Part shown: piece by piece, positions 12,101 to 21,449 of the stretch
Layout of the letters: each line of letters opens with the position of its first letter
Position numbering within the stretch: the first letter of the stretch is position 1
NCBI GenBank assembly: GCA_028534125.1
Contig: CM052821.1
Span: 55,490,001 to 55,554,000 of the forward strand
DNA length: 64,000 nt
Origin: Lama glama
Lineage: Eukaryota
Direction of reading: 5' to 3'
Translations under genes and position numbers: made by a program
The notes under the pieces: generated by a model
Told to the model about the DNA's origin: nothing
Databases searched by the model: none
Seen by the model: only the letters and a program-made list of their open reading frames with translations

Positions 12101-15100
12101 GGTGGGTGCTGGGTCCCTGCTGTCCCCGGCTCTGAGGCTCTGGCAACAAGGCCAAGGTGGGCATGTTTTATGCTCACAGGCTGGGACTGGGGCCCTGTTT
12201 CATTCATAGTGGAAGGCCAGGTGGGCGTTGGCACTGTGTCCAGAGCCGGGACGTGGTGGGCAGGCTGGCCTTGGTCCTCTTCTTGGGGTCTCAGACGAGT
12301 GGGGAGGTTCTGGGCTCAGTAGGACTCCCAGGGAGGTGTAGGAAGGCTTCCTGGAGAAAGTGGCATTGGCTTTCAGTCTGGTGTGTAAGTGATCCCTAAG
12401 GATAGAGTGTCCAGTGACCCGTCGATGTTTCTATCAGTGGAAGGGAAGCTCTGGGTCAAGTGTAGTTTCTTGGATAACAAAGCTTGTTGAGGACCCGAAC
12501 TCATAAGTCAGGTGTGCAGGTGGGCAGGCCGGAGCAGCCCGCACCTTGGTGAGCCGGCGGATGGCTCTGGTCATACAGGCGGAGGTGGACCCGAGGGGTG
12601 AGGCACAGGAGCAGCCAGTCTGGCTCTCCCTAACAGTCACAGACTGGAGGGGGCTGGGCAGTGGGCTTCCTGGGGCGAGGGCGCCCCGCCAGGGTGTCGC
12701 AGGGCCGTGTCAGCACGCACAGCTCACCGAGCTGTTTATGACCTCATGTCACGTGGACCCCGCCTTTTCTTTTGTCTCGGTCACACATGTCTGTTGACCT
12801 TTCCGGCCAGCTGTCAGCGCATGACAAGGTACGGTGTCCGTGTGGGACCCCCTCTTCCTGCTGTGCCCTGATGCTGTGCGGTGCTGTGCCTTGACCCTGT
12901 TTGACTTACTAATGCTGCTTTTGGTGGCCTGTGCCATGGCCGGTTCTGGTTTCTGAAATTTTGGCATGAGCTGCTGGACCACATGTGCTGGGCTGGGCTC
13001 AGCACAGCGTCTGGGGGCAGTGACTTCGCCGGGGGAGAGGGGCAGCCCCCTCCCCAGCAGCTGGGCTTCTCTGCCCAGAAGGAGGGCTTGTGGGACGAGG
13101 ACCAGGCACCAACGGGCCTTTTGGGGGGTGCGCACCCCACACCTGGGTGCCCCTGCCTCTCGCCTCGTCCACGCTTGCAGCTGGCCCCGGGGAGGCCGCG
13201 CGCACCCCGGCCCCCCTGCCCGCCACCGGGCCGCGGGGCTGACGGGCCTGTGCGCTCTCGGCAGCCACAGACCGCTGCCTCGCGGACCTACGCCTCCAGC
13301 GCGCCCGCCGGCCTGAGCAGGGACGAGGACCCCGGCCGCGTCCATGGCACCAGGAAGGGCAACTTCCATGAGATCTTCAACCTGACGGAGAGCGAGCGCC
13401 CGCTGGCAGGTGCGTGCGGGACACGTCCGCGTCCAGGCCAGGTGGGGCTGCCCTGCCCCAGGGCCAGGGGCCTGGCGGCGGGGACCCAGGAGAGCCGCCT
13501 GCCGTCTTCTTCCTGAACTTGCTGGGTGGGCGGGTTGGAGGGGCAGGCAGGCCTGCGGTGAGCGGTTTGACAGCAGAAAGGCAGGCAGCCTGCCCCCGAG
13601 CAGAGCCCACCAAGCGGGCATCCCAGCCTCAGGGTCACGCGTGCCGGTGCCGCCCAGTCCTGCCCTGGATAAGCTGGTGCACACTGGGGCTACCTGGAGA
13701 GCCAGGTGGTGACAGGCAGGTTGGAGCCCAGGGCCCCGGCCATCCTGTCCTCCCTGAAGTGCCCACCTTGCTGGGCTCTCGCTGAAGGGGCCTTCAGTGT
13801 TTTGGCACCTGCCGTGTGTGATACCAGCTACAGAAAGCAAACTTGGGAGAATTCCAGTCTTGATCTCCTGAACCCTCATTCTGCGGACCTGGACCACGAA
13901 CCATGTGCTCTGAGAGCCAGGGCTGCAGTTTGATTTAAATCAAGCTCTTCTTTAAAAACCACACGAAGTCCTGTGCATTCCCGGGGGAGGGGCAGCGCCT
14001 GCTGCCCAGGTGCTCTCAGTCGCCGCTCTGTCTGTGATCCCCCTTTCCTCCCACCCTGGGTGGAGGATGAACGTCAGTCCTTGAAAAGCCAGCACTGATG
14101 GTTCCAAGGTCAAACCAGAGAGGCTCTTCCCAGCGGGGAAGTCACGGCCATGTTGTCCCCTTCAGTGTGTGAGAACGGCTGGCGCTGCTGCTTGATCAAC
14201 AGGGACCGGAAGATGCCGACCGACTACATCAGAAACGGGGTCCTGTATGTGACGGAGAAGTGAGTGAGGCGGGCGCGTCCCCGGGGTGGGCTGCGGGTGC
14301 TGTGACCCCCACGGTTAGAGGTCCAGGACGGCCCGGGGCTGGGGCCCCCCAGTCCTGTGACCGGCCTGAGCCGGCAGTGCCATCCCTTCCCCAGGCCCCG
14401 GGATGGCCCTGGTCTGGGCTGCTCAAGCCGCGTGGCTGGAGCTGTGCGGTCCCGCCCACAGGGGTCCCAGCCCTAGGGCAGCAGGCAGGATCTTAGTTAG
14501 TTTCCTTTTGGGGCGTGGCAGCCAGGCGTGGGAGGTGGGGGAGCAGGTCCAGGGTGGGCTCTGTTCTCAGCATTGGGGGCCCTCGGCCACCTCATCCCCC
14601 ACCCTCAGCCAAGGAGCCACCCCTCCCCCTCTACCCCTTCTTGGGGGGAACTGGCCGAGTAGACCCCTGGCTGGGCCTACGGGACACTCGCTTCTCTGGT
14701 CAGGGTCTCAGTGATGTGCCTGTCGTAGGAACGTGAGTCAGGGTCAGCACAGAGCAGGGGGTTTTAAACTTGAAAAGCCCTGAGACCTTTGTAAAAGTAA
14801 AATCTTTCGTGAGAGGCCAGCACACTGTGGCAGGCTTGGGGGGCCTCTGTCTGGGGCTGGGGTGGCAGCAGCCGGCAGGGTCCCCTCTGGTTCACGTGCT
14901 GGGTTGGGCTCTGTCCTCCCTCCTCCCCTGCCCCGGGTAGTTACTTGTGCTTTGAAAGCTCCAAGTCCGGCTCCTCCAAGAGAAACAAAGTCATCAAGCT
15001 GGTGGACATCACAGACATCCAGAAGGTGGGTGCAGCCCCTGCCCTGCCCTGCCCTCCCCAGGCTCAGGAACACGTGGTTGAGTTGGAGGTCGGGTGCGTT

Positions 15101-16373
15101 GAGAACGGGGGTGCCCTCTGGAGACTCCGGCGGCATCGCCCCTGCCCGCATCAGGGCTCCCCTTCCAGAAGGTGTTTGTGCAGAACCCCGCGGCGCTGCC
15201 AGGCAGTGTCCCTGCACCGTGGGCTTCCTCTCCTTTGCTGCCCCTCCCCGGGGACCAGCACCGGCATCCTCGCAGACAGGAAGGGAGGCGTGGCGAGGTG
15301 GGCCCAGGCCCTGAGCCCACTCCAACCGCTGTGCTGTCTGTCCCTGTCCCTGACCCTGTGCCTCAGGGCAGGCTGCCCCTGCTCCACTGTCTTCTAGCAC
15401 TGTCTGTCCTGTCTGGGGCAGGCACAGGTGTGTGCAGTGCCCAGAAGAGGGGCCGACACACAGACTTGGCAGGGGAGCCAGGCCCACCTGTGCCCCTCTG
15501 AGCACCATGGAGGGGCCCTGTGGTCAGCTTGGTGGCAGCTGCTTCCCTCTAGTGGTGTGTCAGGGGCACCCACGCCATGGCTACGACAGATCCCTCCCAC
15601 TCTCCGTCCATTCCTCCATTCCTCCATCCCTCCATCCCAGAGAGAAGGTGTGTGGATGGTGGGATCTGAGGAGCAAGACCATGCAGGGGGGCCTGTTGCT
15701 CACACACAGTGCTCCTCCGGGGCACCCCAGCCCTGCCGTTAGTGATGGTGGGATGGGGTGCTTGGAGGCTTGGTTTCTGAGTCACAGTCAGTCCTTGTCC
15801 TCTTGCGGCTGGGAAGGCCCAGGCCCGCATGGGCCTTGCCATCTGGGGCTCCATGGAGAATACCCTGGGGTGTGTGGGGGGGTGGCTGGGCCACGTCCCT
15901 GTCCCCAGGTGATGCCTGTGCTGTTGGCTTTCAGTACAAGGTCCTCTCTGTCCTCCCGGGGTCGGGCATGGGGATTGCCGTGTCAACGCCATCAACCCAG
16001 AAAGTAAGTTCTGGGCGGGGTGGGGCGGGGCAAGGAGGGGGGTGGATGAGCACGGGGACATTCTTGGGGCGAGGTCAGAGCCCCAGGCTGGCCAGGTTTG
16101 CAGCTGGATGGAGCAGCCTGGGAAGCCCCTCCCCCCTGGGCAGCAGGGACCCTGAGGCTGAGCCCAGCGCAGATGCCCAGGGAGGGAGGGGTGGCGCTGG
16201 AAGCCGGGCTTCGGGGCTGCGTGGACCTGGCCGAGGGCGGGCTCACCGACAGTGCGCCCTCCCGCCAGCCGCTGGTGTTCGGGGCCATGGTGCACAGAGA
16301 CGAGGCCTTCGAGACCATCTTCAGCCAGTACATGAAGATTACGGCGGCGGCGGCGGCCGGCAGTGACAGCTAG
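3083..16373 (+). CDS. GRAMD4: GRAM domain-containing protein 4, 5'-partial spliced CDS (15 exons, 1333 nt in window, ends ...KITAAAAAGSDS*)
   Basis: Joined exons read RTEE...QKWFCERFGEYVEDFRFQPEE...WYSVYTSAIAFTVYMNAVWHGWAIP...GNFHEIFNL...CENGWRCCLINRDRKMPTDYIRNGVLYVTENYLCFES...PLVFGAMVHRDEAFETI. This matches the recalled human GRAMD4 C-terminal ~444 aa. All introns are GT-AG and the frame is continuous. Confidence 0.97.
4366..4610 (+). mobile_element. MER58B-like hAT-Charlie MITE, decayed
   Basis: ggggttggcaaac terminus, tttacatttttaaa...ggaaaaaagcaaaagaat...tttcag; recalled consensus similarity. Confidence 0.6.
5368..5500 (+). CDS. GRAMD4: GRAMD4 exon (133 nt): DRRGQGLCPRVQKWFCERFGEYVEDFRFQPEESTVEADEPLSAR
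   Basis: cccacag| acceptor, AG|gtgaga donor. Confidence 0.95.
6046..6071 (+). CDS. GRAMD4: GRAMD4 26-nt exon: (R)LTENMRRL
   Basis: ctctcctag| acceptor, A|gtaagt donor; needed to keep the frame. Confidence 0.93.
6601..6692 (+). CDS. GRAMD4: GRAMD4 exon (92 nt): (K)RGARPVTSFVKNLSALSDWYSVYTSAIAFT
   Basis: tccccag| acceptor, ACC|gtgagt donor. Confidence 0.96.
7955..8046 (+). CDS. GRAMD4: GRAMD4 exon (92 nt): VYMNAVWHGWAIPMFLFLAILRLSLNYLIA(R), hydrophobic/TM segment
   Basis: ctgcag| acceptor, AG|gtgggt donor. Confidence 0.96.
9067..9115 (+). CDS. GRAMD4: GRAMD4 exon (49 nt): GWRIQWSIVPEVSEVV
   Basis: ttttccag| acceptor, GTG|gtgagt donor. Confidence 0.94.
9482..9655 (+). mobile_element. MER58A-like hAT MITE, decayed
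   Basis: caggggtcagca...tgtagataacgttttattggcacaca...cattta; recalled consensus similarity. Confidence 0.65.
10200..10271 (+). CDS. GRAMD4: GRAMD4 exon (72 nt): EPPKEDLTVSEKFQLVLDVAQKAQ
   Basis: actgaag| acceptor, CAG|gtactg donor. Confidence 0.95.
10714..10757 (+). CDS. GRAMD4: GRAMD4 exon (44 nt): NLFGKMADILEKIK
   Basis: cccacag| acceptor, AA|gtaagt donor. Confidence 0.95.
10833..10942 (+). CDS. GRAMD4: GRAMD4 exon (110 nt): (N)LFMWVQPEITQKLYVALWAAFLASCFFPYRLVGLAV
   Basis: cttgcag| acceptor, G|gtaagg donor. Confidence 0.96.
11621..11775 (+). CDS. GRAMD4: GRAMD4 exon (155 nt): GLYAGVKFFLIDFIFKRCPRLRAKYDTPYIIWKSLPTDPQLKERSSAAVSRR
   Basis: cctccag| acceptor, AGG|gtaggc donor. Confidence 0.96.
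13265..13409 (+). CDS. GRAMD4: GRAMD4 exon (145 nt): PQTAASRTYASSAPAGLSRDEDPGRVHGTRKGNFHEIFNLTESERPLA
   Basis: ctcggcag| acceptor chosen by alignment to the recalled human protein (alternative acceptors are in the findings), G|gtgcgt donor. Confidence 0.9.
14166..14259 (+). CDS. GRAMD4: GRAMD4 exon (94 nt): VCENGWRCCLINRDRKMPTDYIRNGVLYVTE (GRAM domain)
   Basis: ccttcag| acceptor, AA|gtgagt donor. Confidence 0.96.
14941..15025 (+). CDS. GRAMD4: GRAMD4 exon (85 nt): (N)YLCFESSKSGSSKRNKVIKLVDITDIQK (GRAM domain)
   Basis: gggtag| acceptor, AAG|gtgggt donor. Confidence 0.95.
15935..16003 (+). CDS. GRAMD4: GRAMD4 exon (69 nt): YKVLSVLPGSGMGIAVSTPSTQK
   Basis: ctttcag| acceptor, AAA|gtaagt donor. 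Confidence 0.96.
16269..16373 (+). CDS. GRAMD4: GRAMD4 last coding exon: PLVFGAMVHRDEAFETIFSQYMKITAAAAAGSDS*
   Basis: ccgccag| acceptor, TAG at 16371-16373. Confidence 0.96.
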   Translation, partial: PLVFGAMVHRDEAFETIFSQYMKITAAAAAGSDS

Positions 16374-18370
16374 TGTCGGCTCCCGGACGTGGCTGGAAGC
16401 TTTTCTTTTTTCAGCAGTTTGGTAGTGGAGAAAAATTGGACATCCTCGTGATTTTTTGCAATAATCCCCCGATCTGTGGTTTCTCGTGTGTTGACCCTGC
16501 GTTTCACAGACCCCTCTCACAGGGGTGGGGCTCTTGAGGGAGGCCCGTCTCATGGACGTCTGTGGACACAGAGGGCAGGGGGGCCTCGGAGGCCACCTGG
16601 AAGGACGACGCACGGGACAGTGCGCGCCCGCCAAGCACAGCTGCTCCTCTGTTCCCGCCCGGGCGGAGCTGGCCGCACAGCCAGGCCTTGGGGCCAGCAG
16701 CTCTTCCGCACCAAAGCCATACCGAGGAGCACGTGTGGCCCCTCCCTGGGTGAAGGACGTTGGCGACGAGGGGTGCAGAGGGCCCTTAGCAGCCACCGTG
16801 AGCAGCCAGCCCTTGGGGGAGATCCCGTGTGTGTCCCAGCCAGGAGGCCTGTCCTGGGCACCCGACCAGGACACGGTGGTGTGTGGGGCAGTGCACCCGT
16901 TCAACACGCCGCACTTCGCAGGGGCCCAGGAGGGCAGCCGCGTCGGGGGCACTGGGCTTTGGGGCTCGCGCTGGCCTCCAGGCCGGGTCGGGGAGGGAGG
17001 GGCTCAGGGTGGGAGCGGACAGCCTGCCCCTGCGGGCTGCACAGGGGTCCTTAGGAGCCACCGGCTTTGGGGCACAGCCGTGAGCAGGGACCAGGGCTTT
17101 GGAGCCGCAGCCCCGGGGCCCCCACACACGAGTGAAGCCCCAGCCCTCATGGAGGCCGGAGCAGGTGTCTCCCAGGCCCGGTTCTTCCCGGTCAGCCCTT
17201 TAAGGTGACGGGGCGTGGGGACAGCACAATGGCCTCAGAGAGGGACACGGGAGGAGCCCGCTGGGCCAGCGAAGCCACCTTCCCGCTCAGCACATGTTCA
17301 GTGCAGGCCCCTCTGGTTCCTTGGCTTGTCCTGAGTCCTCTGGGTGTCGCTGAGGTGGATTTTTGAAGAAACAGATTATATTTTTTACAGAGAGCAAGCT
17401 GTTTTTCTTATTTTTGTATCATTTTTCAGATGTAATTTTTACCTTTGCTCTGATCCTCATTTGCTGGTGGCATCGCTCTTGTCACCCCGTCACAGGGGGG
17501 GACCTGCCCACCAGCCAGACGAAGCACATGCCCCGGCCCCTGGGTGAGGTCCTGGAGCCCCAGGGCCCGCCCGGCTCTCAGTCACACGGCCATCGGCATT
17601 CGGGTGATTCTGCAGGTTGATCTTTAGTAGACGAAGGCAGAGCCCACCCTGACCCTGGCTTTGGCCCCATGGTCAGCGCCTGTGGACCGGTTTTCCTGGG
17701 CCCCGTGAGGCCCTGGGGACACACCCAGCCTGTGCCTGAGGCAAAGCAGAGGGGCTGAACTGGCCCAGGAACGGCTGCAGTGGGCAGGGAGTCCAGGATG
17801 CTGTTTAAATCCTCTCCCTCGGGGCTGCCGTGGGGCTAGCGCGTGTCCCTTTAAGGCCCCTGTCCCCAGGCGGGGCGGGTGGGCCCTGCAGCGCGGCCTG
17901 CCCTCTTCAAGCGGCGTGGTTGGCGGGAGTCCCTTCTGAAGATGGAGGGAGATGAAGGCTGACCACGCGCTGGGGGTGCTGCCCCCAGCTGTGCGGGGCC
18001 GCAGGCAGGCCCTTCCCGGGAGCCCAGGACCTTTGTCAGGAAGAGGGCGCACCTGTGCAGGCTCGGGGCTCCCCGTCAGAGGGGACCTGCAGCTTTTATT
18101 GAATTGTGTGAATCTGGGCAGATACTTAATTTCTGCGACTAATCACTGAACTAGAATGAATGTTAAATTTTTTATGTCTGAAGCTTGAGTCTATTTTGGA
18201 TCTGTACATAATCGTTACCTGTGTAACTTTTGTTCAACAAAGGATTGTACTATATGAACTGATGAAAAAAAACACGCTGTAACTTTTTTTTTTAAAGAAA
18301 ACCTTGTTTAAAGAAAAAGTCTTGTATAAATTATAATTTTTATTTAAATAAACCTGAAATGCTTTGTGCT
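16374..18370 (+). other. GRAMD4: GRAMD4 3' UTR (~2 kb, AU-rich distal end)
   Basis: Follows the stop codon; AT-rich block 18090-18360 ends in AATAAA; 3' end approximate. Confidence 0.75.
18347..18352 (+). terminator. GRAMD4 polyadenylation signal AATAAA
   Basis: tatttaAATAAAcctgaaatgctttgtg at the end of an AU-rich block. Confidence 0.8.
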
Positions 18371-19619
18371 CAGGGGCGGGGGGCAGCTCGGTTTTCCTGG
18401 TAGGGTCCCCATGCACCGTGGGTGGCTGGACTGGGACAGGCTGACACCACTGGCCCCTTGGGGTGGCCCAGGACCCCTGTGGCCACTAGCACTGAAGGGC
18501 AGTAGGGATTTCAGCAACAAGGCTGAGGAGTGAGGTGGGCATCCAGGGAGGGCGTGTGGATGGCGAGAAGCTGGGAGGCTGGTGGCTGGTGGCCGGCAGG
18601 GAGGGGCATGCAGGGGCCAGTGCTCGGGGCAGCAGGGAGTGGCGGCGGGGGTGCCCAGAGATGGGGCAGAAGCAGCACCTTCAGTTTGGGTTCCAGGTCC
18701 TGGCCCCACCCAGAGGTGCCTTCCCTGGGGGCCGTGGGCATCTCTGGGACCAGGTGCTGCACTTGCCCCCCCCCCGAGGTCTGAGGCTGAGGGGCCCTGC
18801 TCAGAGGTGGCCTTAGTGGCATGTGTGGCTCAGCTGTCCAGTCACTGACACTGGACACAGAAGGATGCAGGAACCCACCTGGCTACTGCAACCACTGGGC
18901 TTGCACACAGACACCCGTGGGCACCCAGCTTCCTGCACCCTGAACCCCCGAGAGGCAGAGGACTGCCTGGGTCCCAGGGAGTGGCCAGAGCTGGATGGAA
19001 ACCAGGTCCGGTGGGCCAGCTCCACTCTCAGAGCTGTGGCCTCGCACACCACACCTGTCCATCTGTCCACCTATCCTTTCATCCATCCATCCATCCACCA
19101 CCAGGGCTGTTCCAGGGGCTGGGACGCAGCAGCGACGAACAACCCCTGGGGCCTGGCACACACCCAGCATCCCGGGAGGCTGCCCCTGCCTGGTGAATCC
19201 TGACAACACAGGAACGTACTGTTTACAGCAGCGCCGGTGAGTGGATCTGATGAACGTAGGGTAAATAGAGAAGGTCCCACATTGACCACAGAAGGGTGTT
19301 CGTGGTGAACCAAGGGTTGTGGTTAATACCGTTCACCCCACGGTAACCAGCAGGCAGAGCCGACTCCACAGTTGTTGGCTGTAGCAGGGACTGGAGCGAG
19401 GGGGTGGCTACCAAGGTGTAGACCCTGGAGACCATAGGAGGCACGGGGCGCAGCCACTGCCCGTGGGCCAGGGCTGCGCATGGGCGGAAGGATCCAAGAC
19501 CCTGTCATGTGCAGGAGAGCCTCCCAGCTGGCTGCGACCTGTCCCCAGAAGCCCAGCTCCTCCCTCCTCTGGGGCCCCATGGCCCTCACTGTCCCAGGCT
19601 GGCCTCACACCAACAACAA

Positions 19620-19920
19620 AACCATAGAGAAGAGCCTCAGAGATTCATGATCACAGAAGCCCCAAATCTACAAACCATTTAAGAGGCACGTGTTCTGGAC
19701 ACAATCTGACAAATAAAAAACAACTGCATTTCTGTGCAAAAACACATTTTAAAGGCCAACAGATTGCAAACAGGAAGTTTTTAAGAACAAATCTAAACAG
19801 AGTTAAGAGACTGACGGGAAGATTGTCGACCTCTACTGAAGACACACAGCTTCGTACAAATGGAAACACACGCGATGTTCACAGACATAGGAAACTCAGT
19901 TTTATGATAACAAGGTCTTC
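19620..19920 (+). mobile_element. Ancient L1 ORF2 fragment
   Basis: A-rich; caactgcatttct...aaatctaaa...aaatggaaacacacgcgatgttca...aggaaactcag resembles the L1 ORF2 RT 3' region. Confidence 0.5.
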
Positions 19921-20023
19921 TCAGAGCACACAGAATGACAGTTACAGGAAATGACACGCAGTACAATGCCTTTAAATAAAGGGCAAAACCTGCAAAACTG
20001 AATACATCATCTGAGAATAAACA

Positions 20024-21201
20024 TATAGGGCAGGGAAAAACCTTTCTCCTACCCTCTTAGATTCAGGAACTGAGGCCTGTGAATCAAACTGACAAAAGGC
20101 AAACTAGAAGAAAAGGCATACAATTTTTTAAATAACTAATGTGTAAATTTATTTTTCTGTGCCTGGAGGCTTTTTAGAGAAACAGTGGAGACCCAAAGAG
20201 GTGGTTAGGCCCAGAGCCTTAGGTACCATTTTAATAAAGGGCCATACCCAGGCATATATCTGGAGGGAACTCTAATTGGAAAAGACACACACCCCCCAAT
20301 GTTTATAGCAGCACTACTTAACAACAGCCAAAGCATGGAAGCAACCTAAATGTCCATCAACATATGACTGGAGAAAGAAGTTGTGGTTATATGTAGAATG
20401 GAATACTACTCAGCCATGAAAAAGAATAAAATTCGCAGCAACATGGATGGACCTGGGGACTGTCATACTAAGTGAAGTAAGCCAGAAAGGAAAAGAAAAA
20501 TACCATATGCTATCACTCATATATGGAATAAAAATAAAAAGCACAAATGAACTCATTCACAAAATAGAAACAGGCTCACAGACAGAGAAAACAAACTCAT
20601 GGTTACCGGGGGGAAAAAGGGTGGGAAGGGATAAATTGGGAGTTCAAGATTTGCAGATACTAACTACTATATACAAAATAGATAAACAACAAGTTTCAAC
20701 TGTGCAGCACAGGGAACTATATTCAATACCTTGCAGTAACCTATGATGAAAAAGAACACGAAAAGGAATACATGTGTGTATGTGTATGACTGAAACATCA
20801 TACTGTACACCAGCAATTGACGCAACACTGTAAACTGAATGTACTTCAATTAAAAAAACAAAACCCACCAACAACAGAAAGTGAAGGGCCGTAAATTCAT
20901 CAGGAAGTGACAAGACAAAGGAAAGGCAGCTTGGACTTCTGGGGTAAAAGTAACCGCTGGGGAACTGCGAGTGGGGGAGGCTAAGGGCACAGGAGCGCGG
21001 ACCCGCCTCAGTGCGGACGGTCTCCAGTGCTGAAGGGGTTCCGGAGAGCGGGGGCACCCCTCCCCCGGGGAAGGGCTGTCCTTTCGCGCAGACGGGGGAG
21101 GGCAGAGGGCTCCTTTTGCATCTGCTGCTTAACTGCCTTCTGCTCTAAGCAGTCCTTGTGCACAAGGGGCATATGTGGTGCCACGGTCTGGCCGTCTCGC
21201 A
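20024..21201 (-). mobile_element. ERV1 MER34-like solo LTR (~545 bp), interrupted by an L1
   Basis: Minus strand begins tgcgagacggccagaccgtggcaccacatatgcccc...gaaggcagttaagcagcagatgcaaaaggagccctctgccctcccc and ends gagggtaggagaaaggtttttccctgccctata, resembling recalled MER34-family termini. Confidence 0.65.
20247..20879 (+). mobile_element. 5'-truncated L1 (ORF2 C-terminus, 3' UTR, A-rich tail) with a degenerate 14-bp TSD
   Basis: ccaatgtttatagcagcacta...caacctaaatgtccatcaa...gaatactactcagcc...atactaagtgaagtaagccag; TSD 20233-20246 / 20880-20893. Confidence 0.9.
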
Positions 21202-21449
21202 CAAAACAGTGAGGGAGTGATACACTCAGCTTTCAAAACGGTCACCTTCCGGGAGGAGGCCGGGGAGGCTCGGTCCGCGCGGGACCGCGGGGAGCTCTGG
21301 GCTGAAGTCCGGTTTCCTGGCGCTGGGCCGGGGGTTGGGGCAGGGACACCATCATTCCCGTGTCTCTTGTTCTTTAACTTGTACGTGTTTTCACAGAAAA
21401 CACTCTGCTTTGAAAATAACAGGAACTTGTAAGAGGGGAAAAAAACCAA

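Noticed and set aside
12749-13897. 382-aa minus-strand ORF
   Set aside because: Same GC-rich artefact, antisense to a GRAMD4 exon; no motif or gene structure
15549-16952. 467-aa minus-strand ORF, the longest in the track
   Set aside because: It lies antisense to GRAMD4 exons, introns and UTR, has low-complexity P/G/R/A/S composition and no recognisable domain. Such ORFs are expected in stop-poor GC-rich DNA.
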